64,000 bases of DNA from Patescibacteria group bacterium (GTDB lineage Bacteria > Patescibacteriota > Patescibacteriia > Patescibacteriales > UBA12465): contig JBAZTY010000001.1 in assembly GCA_041661685.1 (NCBI GenBank), positions 128,691 through 192,690 of the forward strand, written 5' to 3'. This document shows positions 9,322 through 17,600 of the stretch, piece after piece; position 1 is the first letter of the stretch; every line of letters begins with the position of its first letter. Both the position numbers and the translations under genes were made by a program. The notes under the pieces are model-generated. The model made no database searches, had not been told where the DNA came from, and saw only the letters and a program-made list of their open reading frames with translations.

Positions 9322-10224
9322 ATGATTGAAATAAAAATGGTTAACGATCTGGAAACGGCCGCCGACCTTTGGGATAAGCTGTCTCCAAGCGCGAATATCT
9401 ATGATCTCTGGGATTTCCGCTATTGCTTCTATAAACACGATCCGCAACCTCTTCAATTTTATGTCGAGTTAGATGACGGCCGTCCGGTCGCGCTTTTGCC
9501 TTTGCAATATAATCAAGAATTAGCCTGTCTGGAATTTTTCGCGGAGAATTTTACCGAGAATAACCGGCCCTTTTTCGCGCCTGGCTATGAATATCTTTCT
9601 CCTCAGTTATTTAATCAAGATTTTAAGCAGACCGTGAAGCTTTACGATCTCGACGGGATAGATGATTTTACGCGCGCTTTGCCGCTCGAAGATTATATTT
9701 ATTTCATTGATCTCGCCGGCCTGAATAGCTTTGATGATTATCTCCTGAAAGCTTTTTCTGATCGCAAGAAACGAGCTAAGTTCCGCCGGATTGCGACGCT
9801 CTTAGAAGAAGAGCATCAAGTCGAGACCATTATCAATGATTTTTCTGATTTGAAGTTGATCATGGATCTGAGCGTCAAGAATTTTAGCGACGAGTCATAT
9901 CTGAATACTGATAAGGAAAGACAGCCGTTCTTCGATTTGATTAAGTTGCCCCTGGATTGGCATTCAGTAACTATCATGGTTGACGGCGTGAAACTCGCCG
10001 GCTCGCTGTCCGTCTTGTATAAAGGAACCTATTTCTATATGATTGCCGGTGCCGATATGAGCGAGATCCCTGATGTTTTTAAATATCTGACTAAAGCTAA
10101 TTTAGAACTGGCTATCGCCCAGAAAGCTAAGATCTTTAATTGTTCTTTAGGAGATTGTCATTGGAAAAGCCATTGGCATATGGAGAAGCTGCCGCAATAT
10201 AAATTTATCAAGTTAAGCGAATAA
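9322..10224 (+). CDS. GNAT-fold protein of the FemAB-related (Acetyltransf_6/CelD-like) family
   Basis: C-terminal pattern VKLAGSLSVLYKGTYFYMIAG...IFNCSLGDCHWKSHW resembles the FD-G-G-YK-W signature of that family. Starts 12 nt after the ATP-grasp stop. Confidence 0.55.
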   Translation: MIEIKMVNDLETAADLWDKLSPSANIYDLWDFRYCFYKHDPQPLQFYVELDDGRPVALLPLQYNQELACLEFFAENFTENNRPFFAPGYEYLSPQLFNQDFKQTVKLYDLDGIDDFTRALPLEDYIYFIDLAGLNSFDDYLLKAFSDRKKRAKFRRIATLLEEEHQVETIINDFSDLKLIMDLSVKNFSDESYLNTDKERQPFFDLIKLPLDWHSVTIMVDGVKLAGSLSVLYKGTYFYMIAGADMSEIPDVFKYLTKANLELAIAQKAKIFNCSLGDCHWKSHWHMEKLPQYKFIKLSE

Positions 10225-10238
10225 AACTTTTAAATAAT

Positions 10239-10811
10239 ATGGTTAAGCGAGTAAAAACTATCCCGAGATTAATGTATGATATCCGACCTTCCCGGGTATT
10301 TCCGGGCGAAGTTGGAACTTTCGCGGTTCGTAATATCAAGAAAGGAGCCGTTATAGACGACGTTGATTCGCCGGAAGAAGTCGTCTTTATCCAGCAGCGC
10401 GATTTCAAGAAGCTTGATCCGATTACGCGCCGGCGGATAACGCGGTTCTGCGTTATGGATGAGGACGGAGAATATTGCGTACCAGCCGATCTCAATAATA
10501 TGGGCACTTCCTGGTATTTTAATCATAGCTGCGACTCTAATGTCTCCTATGATAAGCGGGGAAGCTTTATTGCGGCTAAAAATATTAAGAAAGATGAGGA
10601 GCTATTCCTGGATTATGGGCGCATGTATATTGATCCGAAATTGAAAATGAAATGCGCTTGCGGCGCGAAGAATTGCCGCGGCTTTATTACCGGGAACGAT
10701 TGGCTCAACCCGGAATTTCGGAAGAAGAATTTAGAGCTAATGTGGCCGGATATGAGGCGGTTGCCCGGGAAGAAAGGGCAGGCAGTTAAGCCCAAGAAGA
10801 GCATCAAATAA
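10239..10811 (+). CDS. SET-domain methyltransferase (190 aa) with a post-SET Cys motif
   Basis: GTFAVRNIKKGAVI, WYFNHSCDSN, ELFLDYG, CACGAKNCRG. Confidence 0.8.
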   Translation: MVKRVKTIPRLMYDIRPSRVFPGEVGTFAVRNIKKGAVIDDVDSPEEVVFIQQRDFKKLDPITRRRITRFCVMDEDGEYCVPADLNNMGTSWYFNHSCDSNVSYDKRGSFIAAKNIKKDEELFLDYGRMYIDPKLKMKCACGAKNCRGFITGNDWLNPEFRKKNLELMWPDMRRLPGKKGQAVKPKKSIK

Positions 10812-10838
10812 ATTAAATAGCTAAAAATAAAATCATCT

Positions 10839-11585
10839 ATGTTTTTAATCCCTGCTGATTATTATCAGATTAAGAAGACTAAGAAAAAAGGCCGCGGCGT
10901 CTTTGCGCGCCGCGAGATTCCGGCCGGAACTATTATCGGCGACTACGTCGGCTTATTGATCAAGGACGAGAAAGCGGAACTCCTGGAAAAGAAATACGGT
11001 AATGCCTGCTACTCTATGGATTATAATGATAACGGCTTGTCCATATTTCCGGTCGACGTCAAAGCTCCCGGCGTTCATCTGATTAATCATTCCTGCTCTT
11101 CTAATTGCGACGCTTATTTTTATTTCGGCCATACTTTGTATTTCGCTCTCCGTCGCATCTTGCCGGGAGAAGAATTGACGATTGATTACGGCTTCGATAC
11201 GGACAACAGCAATAAGAAAGAATTCTTGCATCCTTGCTTCTGTGGCAGTCCGTTCTGCCGCGGCACGATGTATACGAGCGACGCGAAATTAAGACGCTAC
11301 GGCGCCTTCTATCGTGCTGAAACTAAGGGGCAGAAATTTAAGACGTTCGCGGCTGGAAAAATATTATTGCCGCTAGAAAAATATCCGCCAGAGATACAAG
11401 ATAATGTCGTCTTTAATTTATTCGCAGACAGGGAAGCGGCGCCGCTTAATCAAGAAGATGAGAAGATGCCTAGCATTTCCGAATTGAGAAAACGCTTGCG
11501 AGAGAGCGGGCGCATCCTGAATTTTAAGAAGATTGGCTTGAAAGTTTCCGCTATCGTCGAGGGCCTGATCGTCTCCGGAAAATAG
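10839..11585 (+). CDS. SET-domain methyltransferase (248 aa) with a post-SET Cys motif and a C-terminal extension
   Basis: KGRGVFARREIPAGTIIGDY, LINHSCSSNC, EELTIDYGF, CFCGSPFCRG. Confidence 0.8.
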   Translation: MFLIPADYYQIKKTKKKGRGVFARREIPAGTIIGDYVGLLIKDEKAELLEKKYGNACYSMDYNDNGLSIFPVDVKAPGVHLINHSCSSNCDAYFYFGHTLYFALRRILPGEELTIDYGFDTDNSNKKEFLHPCFCGSPFCRGTMYTSDAKLRRYGAFYRAETKGQKFKTFAAGKILLPLEKYPPEIQDNVVFNLFADREAAPLNQEDEKMPSISELRKRLRESGRILNFKKIGLKVSAIVEGLIVSGK

Positions 11586-11599
11586 AAAAGCCTTGTATA

Positions 11600-11629
11600 T
11601 TGGCATCTTTTTATAGGTTGTGCTACAAT
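11600..11629 (+). promoter_or_regulatory. Promoter of the HU gene (TTGGCA, 18-nt spacer, TGcTACAAT)
   Basis: ttggca at 11600-11605 and tgctacaat at 11621-11629. Confidence 0.45.
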
Positions 11630-11710
11630 ATACTTATAAACATTGAGTTTTCAACAGGTGTTGTTTGGAAACCCTTGTGAATATTAATTAATTTTAATAA
11701 TATTTTGGAA

Positions 11711-11745
11711 ATTATCATTAAGCGCTTTTCGGCGCTTATGATAAT
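11711..11745 (+). promoter_or_regulatory. 14-bp stem-loop in the HU 5' leader, ending 15 nt before the start codon
   Basis: attatcattaagcgc / gcgcttatgataat with one bulged T and a 6-nt loop. Confidence 0.6.
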
Positions 11746-11760
11746 CCCCATGCTAAAACT

Positions 11761-12042
11761 ATGTCAAAAATGACAAAGTCTCAGATGATCGCTTCCTTAT
11801 CCGAAGTGGCCGGATTGAGCAAGAAGGAGACCGCCGCTTTCATGGATAATTTAGCGGAATTTGTTTACAAGGAAGTTAAGAAGAATGGTGAATGCATCGT
11901 TCCTGGCTTCGGCAAGTTAGTTAAGGCCAAGAGAAAGGCTAGAGAGGGCCGCAATCCTGCCACCGGCGAGACCATTAAGATCCCGGCTAAGACCGTAGTT
12001 AAGTTTCGCTTAGCTAAGGTCGTCAAGGACACTGTTCTATAA
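11761..12042 (+). CDS. hup: HU family DNA-binding protein
   Basis: 93 aa with GFGKLVKAKRKAREGRNPATGETIKIPAKTVVKFR, the HU/IHF beta-arm signature. Confidence 0.9.
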   Translation: MSKMTKSQMIASLSEVAGLSKKETAAFMDNLAEFVYKEVKKNGECIVPGFGKLVKAKRKAREGRNPATGETIKIPAKTVVKFRLAKVVKDTVL

Positions 12043-12063
12043 TCAAAGTCAAGTTTCTCAAAT

Positions 12064-12099
12064 AAAAAAACATCCCGTCGGAATCCGGGATGTTTTTTT
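12064..12099. terminator. Bidirectional intrinsic terminator between HU and the convergent small HTH gene
   Basis: A-run, catcccg ... cgggatg stem, T-run. Confidence 0.75.
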
Positions 12100-12361
12100 A
12101 TTTCCAGCTCTCGACGTATTGGCCGAGACCGAAATCTTTTAATTTATTATTCAGTTTCGTGTTCTTGTGGAGGAGGGAGAGCAGGGAGCCGAATTCTATC
12201 TGATAGCGATTTTTGACTATTCGGAAAAGCAGATTGGGATCAGTCTTGATAGCGCGGCGGATAGTCTTGCCTTGGACGCCGCCTAAAGAAGCGGCTTCAG
12301 AAACTGAAACCCAGATAGGAGAATTAACTTTTTTAGTTTGAAAAATTATTTCTTCGGCCAT
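12098..12361 (-). CDS. Small putative helix-turn-helix DNA-binding protein (87 aa)
   Basis: WVSVSEAASLGGVQGKTIRRAIK resembles an excisionase/MerR-type HTH. Function not established. Confidence 0.45.
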   Translation of the reverse strand: MAEEIIFQTKKVNSPIWVSVSEAASLGGVQGKTIRRAIKTDPNLLFRIVKNRYQIEFGSLLSLLHKNTKLNNKLKDFGLGQYVESWK

Positions 12362-12377
12362 TTTTTTGCTTTATTAT

Positions 12378-12406
12378 TTAAGTCCAGAATAGATTAGACT
12401 TAAGTC
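12378..12406. promoter_or_regulatory. Candidate operator: perfect 10-bp palindrome GACTTAAGTC plus an upstream TTAAGTC half-site
   Basis: ttaagtc at 12378-12384 and gacttaagtc at 12397-12406, just upstream (minus sense) of the small HTH gene. Confidence 0.3.
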
Positions 12407-12674
12407 ATATTATCTTAATTCAGGCCTAGTTAAAAGTCAAGAGTGATTCCGCGCGTATTAGTAGAGTGCCTAGTCGGATTTGGCTGCCTGATTTGACTGG
12501 GATAATCCCAAAATAAGTCCGAGATAAGCTAGGTTTTATTCTTGCTTTTAGGCTCTTATTATGCTAGGATAAAGCCATAATAGAATAATCAATTTAGCGG
12601 CGGGTTCGTATTAGTTCCCGTTATTTTTTGTTAAAATCATTTAACGCTTTTTTAGCATTTATAAAAATCTTAAA

Positions 12675-13259
12675 ATGTCCATAAACCTGGTTAGAAAATT
12701 CAAAGATAAGCAGACTCTCAGCAAGCTGAAAAGCCGCGACAAAGAGGCCTTCATTAGAGTTTATGATGATAACGTCAAGGATATCCATCGCTTCGTTTAT
12801 TTTAAGATCGGCAGCCGTGAAGAAGCTGATGATTTAACCTCAATGATATTCTTAAAGGCCTGGAACCATATCCAGAATAAGACTTTGGAAAACGCGAAAA
12901 CTTTGAGAGCTTTGCTGTATAAAATCGCCCGCAACGCGATTGTCGATTATTATCGTGAGACCGGCAATAAGGTGACGGCCTCTCTCGATGATGAAGAGAA
13001 CCGGATAGAGATTATTGATGAAGCCGAGAATCCGCAAGAACGCTTAGATAGGGCGGCTGATTTAGAGCTGATCAAGGCTAAGCTGCCGTTCTTGAAAGAG
13101 GAGTATCGGGAAATAATTATCATGAAGTTTATTAACGATTTAAGTTTAGAAGAAATAGCTGAAATTAGCGAAAAAAGTAAGGGAAACATTCGAGTTTTAC
13201 TGCATCGGGCCCTAAACGCGCTTCGAGAGCTTGTAGAACAGGACGCTAAGAAGAATTAA
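12675..13259 (+). CDS. RNA polymerase sigma factor, sigma-70 family (ECF-like, regions 2 and 4)
   Basis: DLTSMIFLKAWNHI and ALLYKIARNAIVDYYR (region 2). LSLEEIAEISEKSKGNIRVLLHRALNALRE (region 4 HTH). Confidence 0.8.
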   Translation: MSINLVRKFKDKQTLSKLKSRDKEAFIRVYDDNVKDIHRFVYFKIGSREEADDLTSMIFLKAWNHIQNKTLENAKTLRALLYKIARNAIVDYYRETGNKVTASLDDEENRIEIIDEAENPQERLDRAADLELIKAKLPFLKEEYREIIIMKFINDLSLEEIAEISEKSKGNIRVLLHRALNALRELVEQDAKKN

Positions 13260-13325
13260 AACTGTAACGTTTTGGCCAATTTTCCGTATATTATAGTGTA
13301 CGACTAATTAGAAAATATCACTCTT

Positions 13326-14174
13326 ATGACTAACTCAGAATTGATCGCCAAACTGAATAACCTAAAGAGCATCGACCCCGATCAAAAATGGCTGGAAAGC
13401 AATCGGGAGCTTTTGTTATCCCAGGTTTCTAATTCTGGCGCGGAAACTTTGTCGACCTGGAGAGTTATCTTTATTAATGTCTCTAGCGTCATGAAATCAG
13501 CGGCTCAGCCAGTCTACGCTTTAGGAGCTTTTGTCCTCCTCCTGCTTACCGGCAGTTTATTCAGCGGCCAGCTTTTAGCCAGCACTAAGCCGAACGATTC
13601 TTTGTATATCGCGAGAATACTTTCTGAAAAAGTAAAACTGAATACGACTTTTGATTCAACGGCGCGTAATCGGATGGAAATGAAATTCGCCTCTAGCCAT
13701 GCTCAGGATATTACGGCGGTTTTAGCTGATCCGGCTTTTAATAATGAAGAGAACAAGGATCAGGTCGCGAAATTGAATAATAGCTTTAGTGAAGAAGTTA
13801 ATACCGTTAAAGAGAGTATTAGCCGTTTGAACGCGGCTATCGTTCCGGCCGCTAAGACCGGAGACGAGGTCGTTATCGCTGATAGCTCTAAGGACGCGCA
13901 GGGAATCCAGGTAGCGGATGGATCAGCTTTGAATGCCGCCGTCGCCACTATCGCCGCTAGTGCTCAGCCGGCCATTTCGGCGACCGCGACTTTAGTAGTT
14001 CCGGCCGGAATGAACCTGAAAGCGACTTCGGCGGAAATCGCCGCCAGTTCCACAGAAATCGCGGAACCGACCGCAGCGGACAAGATGATCGACGAAGCGA
14101 TTCAGCTATTCAGTTCCAAAGATTACGAGAAAGCGTCGGATAAATTAAAAGAAGTGAGTGAGACTATAAAATAA
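13326..14174 (+). CDS. Membrane-anchored protein downstream of the sigma factor (possible anti-sigma / DUF5667-like)
   Basis: Single TM helix (AAQPVYALGAFVLLLLTGSLF) after a ~50-aa cytoplasmic N-terminus, then an Ala/Ser-rich exterior. Role inferred from position only. Confidence 0.4.
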   Translation: MTNSELIAKLNNLKSIDPDQKWLESNRELLLSQVSNSGAETLSTWRVIFINVSSVMKSAAQPVYALGAFVLLLLTGSLFSGQLLASTKPNDSLYIARILSEKVKLNTTFDSTARNRMEMKFASSHAQDITAVLADPAFNNEENKDQVAKLNNSFSEEVNTVKESISRLNAAIVPAAKTGDEVVIADSSKDAQGIQVADGSALNAAVATIAASAQPAISATATLVVPAGMNLKATSAEIAASSTEIAEPTAADKMIDEAIQLFSSKDYEKASDKLKEVSETIK

Positions 14175-14664
14175 GCAAAGCGCTAAAGCGCGCGTTTGTT
14201 AGTTTATCTCCTTATTGGTTCCTCCAAGTTTAGAAGATTCGTCATCGACTCTGGACAATACCGGGTGAGATAAATTAACAAATTCGCGTTTACGGCTGTT
14301 TGCCGCGGATAGCGGATTGGCAGAACCCCGTCAAGGGTCGAGCTATATCGCAAGATGTAGTGGTTTTGTCCCTTATAAACCTTATTATCGATTCGAAGCC
14401 CAAACGATTCAGAGCTCGAAATGAGCGGTAAATCGGTTAAGCTTTTCTCCAGCCTTTGTGCAACACGCGCTAGGTTGGCAGAACTTATACGTAAGATCAG
14501 TCAGCCTTCGCCTTAAGCCTCAAGGGGTTGGTGGAGCGGGATTCCGACTGATTTACGACCCAGACTAGAGTTTAGATCTATCAGGGCGGAGAATCGAACC
14601 ACATCATTATGATCTGTTCCGACTACTATTGTCCGGACGATCAAAATGATATTAATCATTTCTT
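14175..14664 (+). other. 490-nt non-coding leader / candidate structured RNA upstream of the large surface-protein gene
   Basis: No ORF of meaningful size. GNRA-capped hairpin ctatatc-GCAA-gatgtag, UNCG-capped hairpin ctta-TACG-taag, duplicated decamer ttggcagaac, and GC above that of neighbouring intergenic DNA. Confidence 0.4.
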
Positions 14665-17600
14665 ATGAAAAAATTACGCAAATTCTTAACTGTCAGCGTA
14701 ATGGTATTAACCGTAGTGTTCACCAGTGGTGCTTTAAGCATCAATTCTGCCAAGGCTGCCGCTTCAACCGGCGACTTGATCAAAATGGCTGGCAACGCTT
14801 CTGTTTATTACCTCGGTGCTGACGGCAAGAGATATGTTTTCCCTAACTCCACTACCTATTTCTCTTGGTATTCAGATTTCAGCGGAGTAGTCACTATTCC
14901 GGCGGCTGAATTACAGAGCTATCCTTTGGGTGGCAATGTAACCATGAGACCAGGCACTAAGTTAGTGAAAATCACGACCGATCCTAAAGTTTACGCCGTT
15001 GAACCTAATGGCGTCTTAAGAGGGATCCAGACTGAAGCCCAGGCGGCTGCCTTATACGGCACCGACTGGAACAAGAGAGTCGTCGATGTTCCTGACGCTT
15101 TCTTCACCAACTACACCACCGGCGCTGCTTTAGCGACCGGCGCTACCCCGGCTGGTTCCTTAGTAAAGAACGCTGGCTCTGCTAGCATCTATTACTACGA
15201 TGGTTCTAGCTATAGATCCATCACCAACGAAGCCGCTATGATGGCTAACAGATTCCAGATGGCCAATGTTTTGACTATCAGCAATACTATTACTGCTGGC
15301 GGCAATTCTATTTCCTCTGCTGAATTCGTTAACGTCGCTCAGGGTGGCAATCTCGGCGGCACCGTTATTACCGGTTCCGGCTTAATGGTCAGCTTATCTG
15401 CTTCCACCCCGGCCGCGGCTTCCGTTCCTCAGAACGGCGCTCGCGTTCCGATGGCTAAGGTCAATTTGACTGCGGCTAACGATGGCGCAGTAACTGTCAA
15501 TTCTATCACTGTCAAGAGAATCGGCCTATCAACCTATAGCCAGATTGATAAGGTCTGGGCGGAAAAGGACGGCGTTATCGTCGCTTCTAAGAAGTCCATG
15601 AATTCCAATGACGAATCTATCCTGACTTTCTCCCCAGCTTTAACTGTTAACGCTGGCCAGACTGTTTCTTTAGATTTCATTGTTTCTTTGACCTCCGCTT
15701 CCGGCAACATCGGCTTGGGCATCGCTTCCGCTTCCGCGATTAGCGCTACCTCCGCTTCTGTCACCGGTTCTTTCCCGATCAACAGCAATTTGATGTCTCC
15801 GACATCTTACAGCGTTGTTAATCTAGGTCTTACCAGCACAACCACTACCGCCACTACCGTCAAGGTTGGTGACGAGAAAGTTGAGTTAGGTAAATTCACC
15901 GTAGATTTCAACACTTTAGTCGGCGGAACTTCTGCTTCTGCCGCTAAGGATGTTACCTTGAAGTCCATCATGATAAAGAACAATGGTACTGAAGATTTAT
16001 CTTCTGCGACTATGGATCTTTACTTGGAGAACGCTGGTAACAAAGTTTCCGTTAACACTGTTGTTAGCGACCGCTATGTTACTTTCTACTTCCCGAGCAC
16101 TGGCTTCGATGTCTTAAAGGACGATGCTTCCAAGATTTTCTATATCAAGGGAAATATCATTTCTAAGGACATTGCTGGCACTGGCAGCTTGGTATTCGTC
16201 TTGAATAAGAGCACTGATTTAGTCGGTTATGAAAAAGCCACCGGTTTCGGTGTCAATGTTTATAACGAGATTACTGTCGGCGCTACTGCCGCTGATGCTT
16301 TCGCTATTTCCACTGTAGATATCGATGCAGGTAAGCTTTCTGTTTCTAAGAAATCTACCTCTCCTTCCGATACTACTATCGTCAAGGGCACCGATAACTT
16401 AATGTTATTGGCTAACGTCCATGCTGACGAAGCGATTGTCGCCGATGGCTTGAAGATTAAGTACACTACCGGCACTGCTGCTTCTACTACTGATCAGTTT
16501 GAGTTAGTTAGAGTTTATTTGAATGGTGTTCTATTAGACTCTTTCTATCCGTCTGTTAGCACTAGCTCCGACCTTTATGCGACTATTGACAGCACCTTGA
16601 ATTTAGTCAAGGGCGACAATGAAGTTAAGGTTACGGCTAAAGCAAAGACTAATGCTACTAATGGTGCCGCCATCAAGTTCGTCTTAGACACTACTATGTT
16701 TGATGGTCAGAACGCTGAATATGTTGTCTCTGGCAACACCGTCTCTACTACCGATTTAGGTAATATGGGCTCTGCTACCGGCGCTTTATTCACCGTTGCT
16801 ACCGCGGTTCTTACTACTGTTAAGAGTGACGGTTATTCTGATAACAAGGTTATTGTCCAGGGCAGCACTGATGTTTCTTTGGGTAAGTTTACCTTAAAGG
16901 CTACTAATGATGACATCAAGGTTACTTCTATTACCTTGGGTGCCAACATTGGCAGTACCTCAGCGACTAACATCAATGATATGAAGTTGTTTGTTGACGG
17001 TTCCCAGGTCGGCAGCACTGTCGATTTCGGTTCCACCGGCTCCACCTTCTCTTCATTAAACTTCACCATCGCCAAGGATTCTACCAAGGCTATCGAATTG
17101 AAGGGTTCCTTTGATTCTTCCGCTACCGGTACTTTCCAGACTTTGATGACTGTTAATGCTCAGGACGCTGCTCGTGGTACCGCGATTACTTCTGGCAACT
17201 TAGCGACTTCTACTTTGTTCGCTACTGCTAGCTCCGGTTCTTTGAACGTCGAATTGGGTGGCAACACCCCTGCTTCCGCTATCTTAGCCTCTAAGGCTAC
17301 CGAGCAGGAAGTTGCTCAGTTCAAGTTCACCGCCGTCAATGACAGCGCTGATTTGACTGAAATCAATGTTATCAATGACTCAGATGCAAGTACTCCTAAC
17401 ACGGCTACTTCAAGTGCTGATGCTAGAATCGCTTCCATCAAGTTATATGATGGCGCTACTTTGATCGATAGCTTCGTACCGGTTTCCGGTGCTGGCAAGT
17501 TCACTATCTCTTCTGGCGAAGTAAAGATCGATGCTAATTTGAGCAAGACTTTATCCGTCAAGGTTGTTTTGAACAACATCGATAATGATGTCAATGCTAC

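Noticed and set aside
14329-14485. The duplicated TTGGCAGAAC motif considered as a sigma-54 (-24 TGGCA) promoter.
   Set aside because: No TTGC/-12 element lies at the required 4-5 nt spacing in either copy, and no sigma-54 or enhancer-binding protein gene is visible. The motif is kept only as an unexplained repeat within the leader finding.
14529-14600. tRNA/tmRNA-like 3'-end strings on the minus strand: GGAATCCCGCTCCACCA (the reverse complement of 14529-14545) and GGTTCGATTCTCCGCC (the reverse complement of about 14585-14600). On the plus strand there is also a GGGGTTGG...GGATTCCGAC string resembling a tmRNA 5' end.
   Set aside because: Neither folds into a T-arm, because the 5' T-stem partners are missing. 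No complementary 5' acceptor strand exists within range. A 350-nt tmRNA in either orientation would run into the well-supported 14665 gene, and a permuted arrangement also lacks the GGGG acceptor start. At most these are decayed tRNA-end fragments or chance matches.
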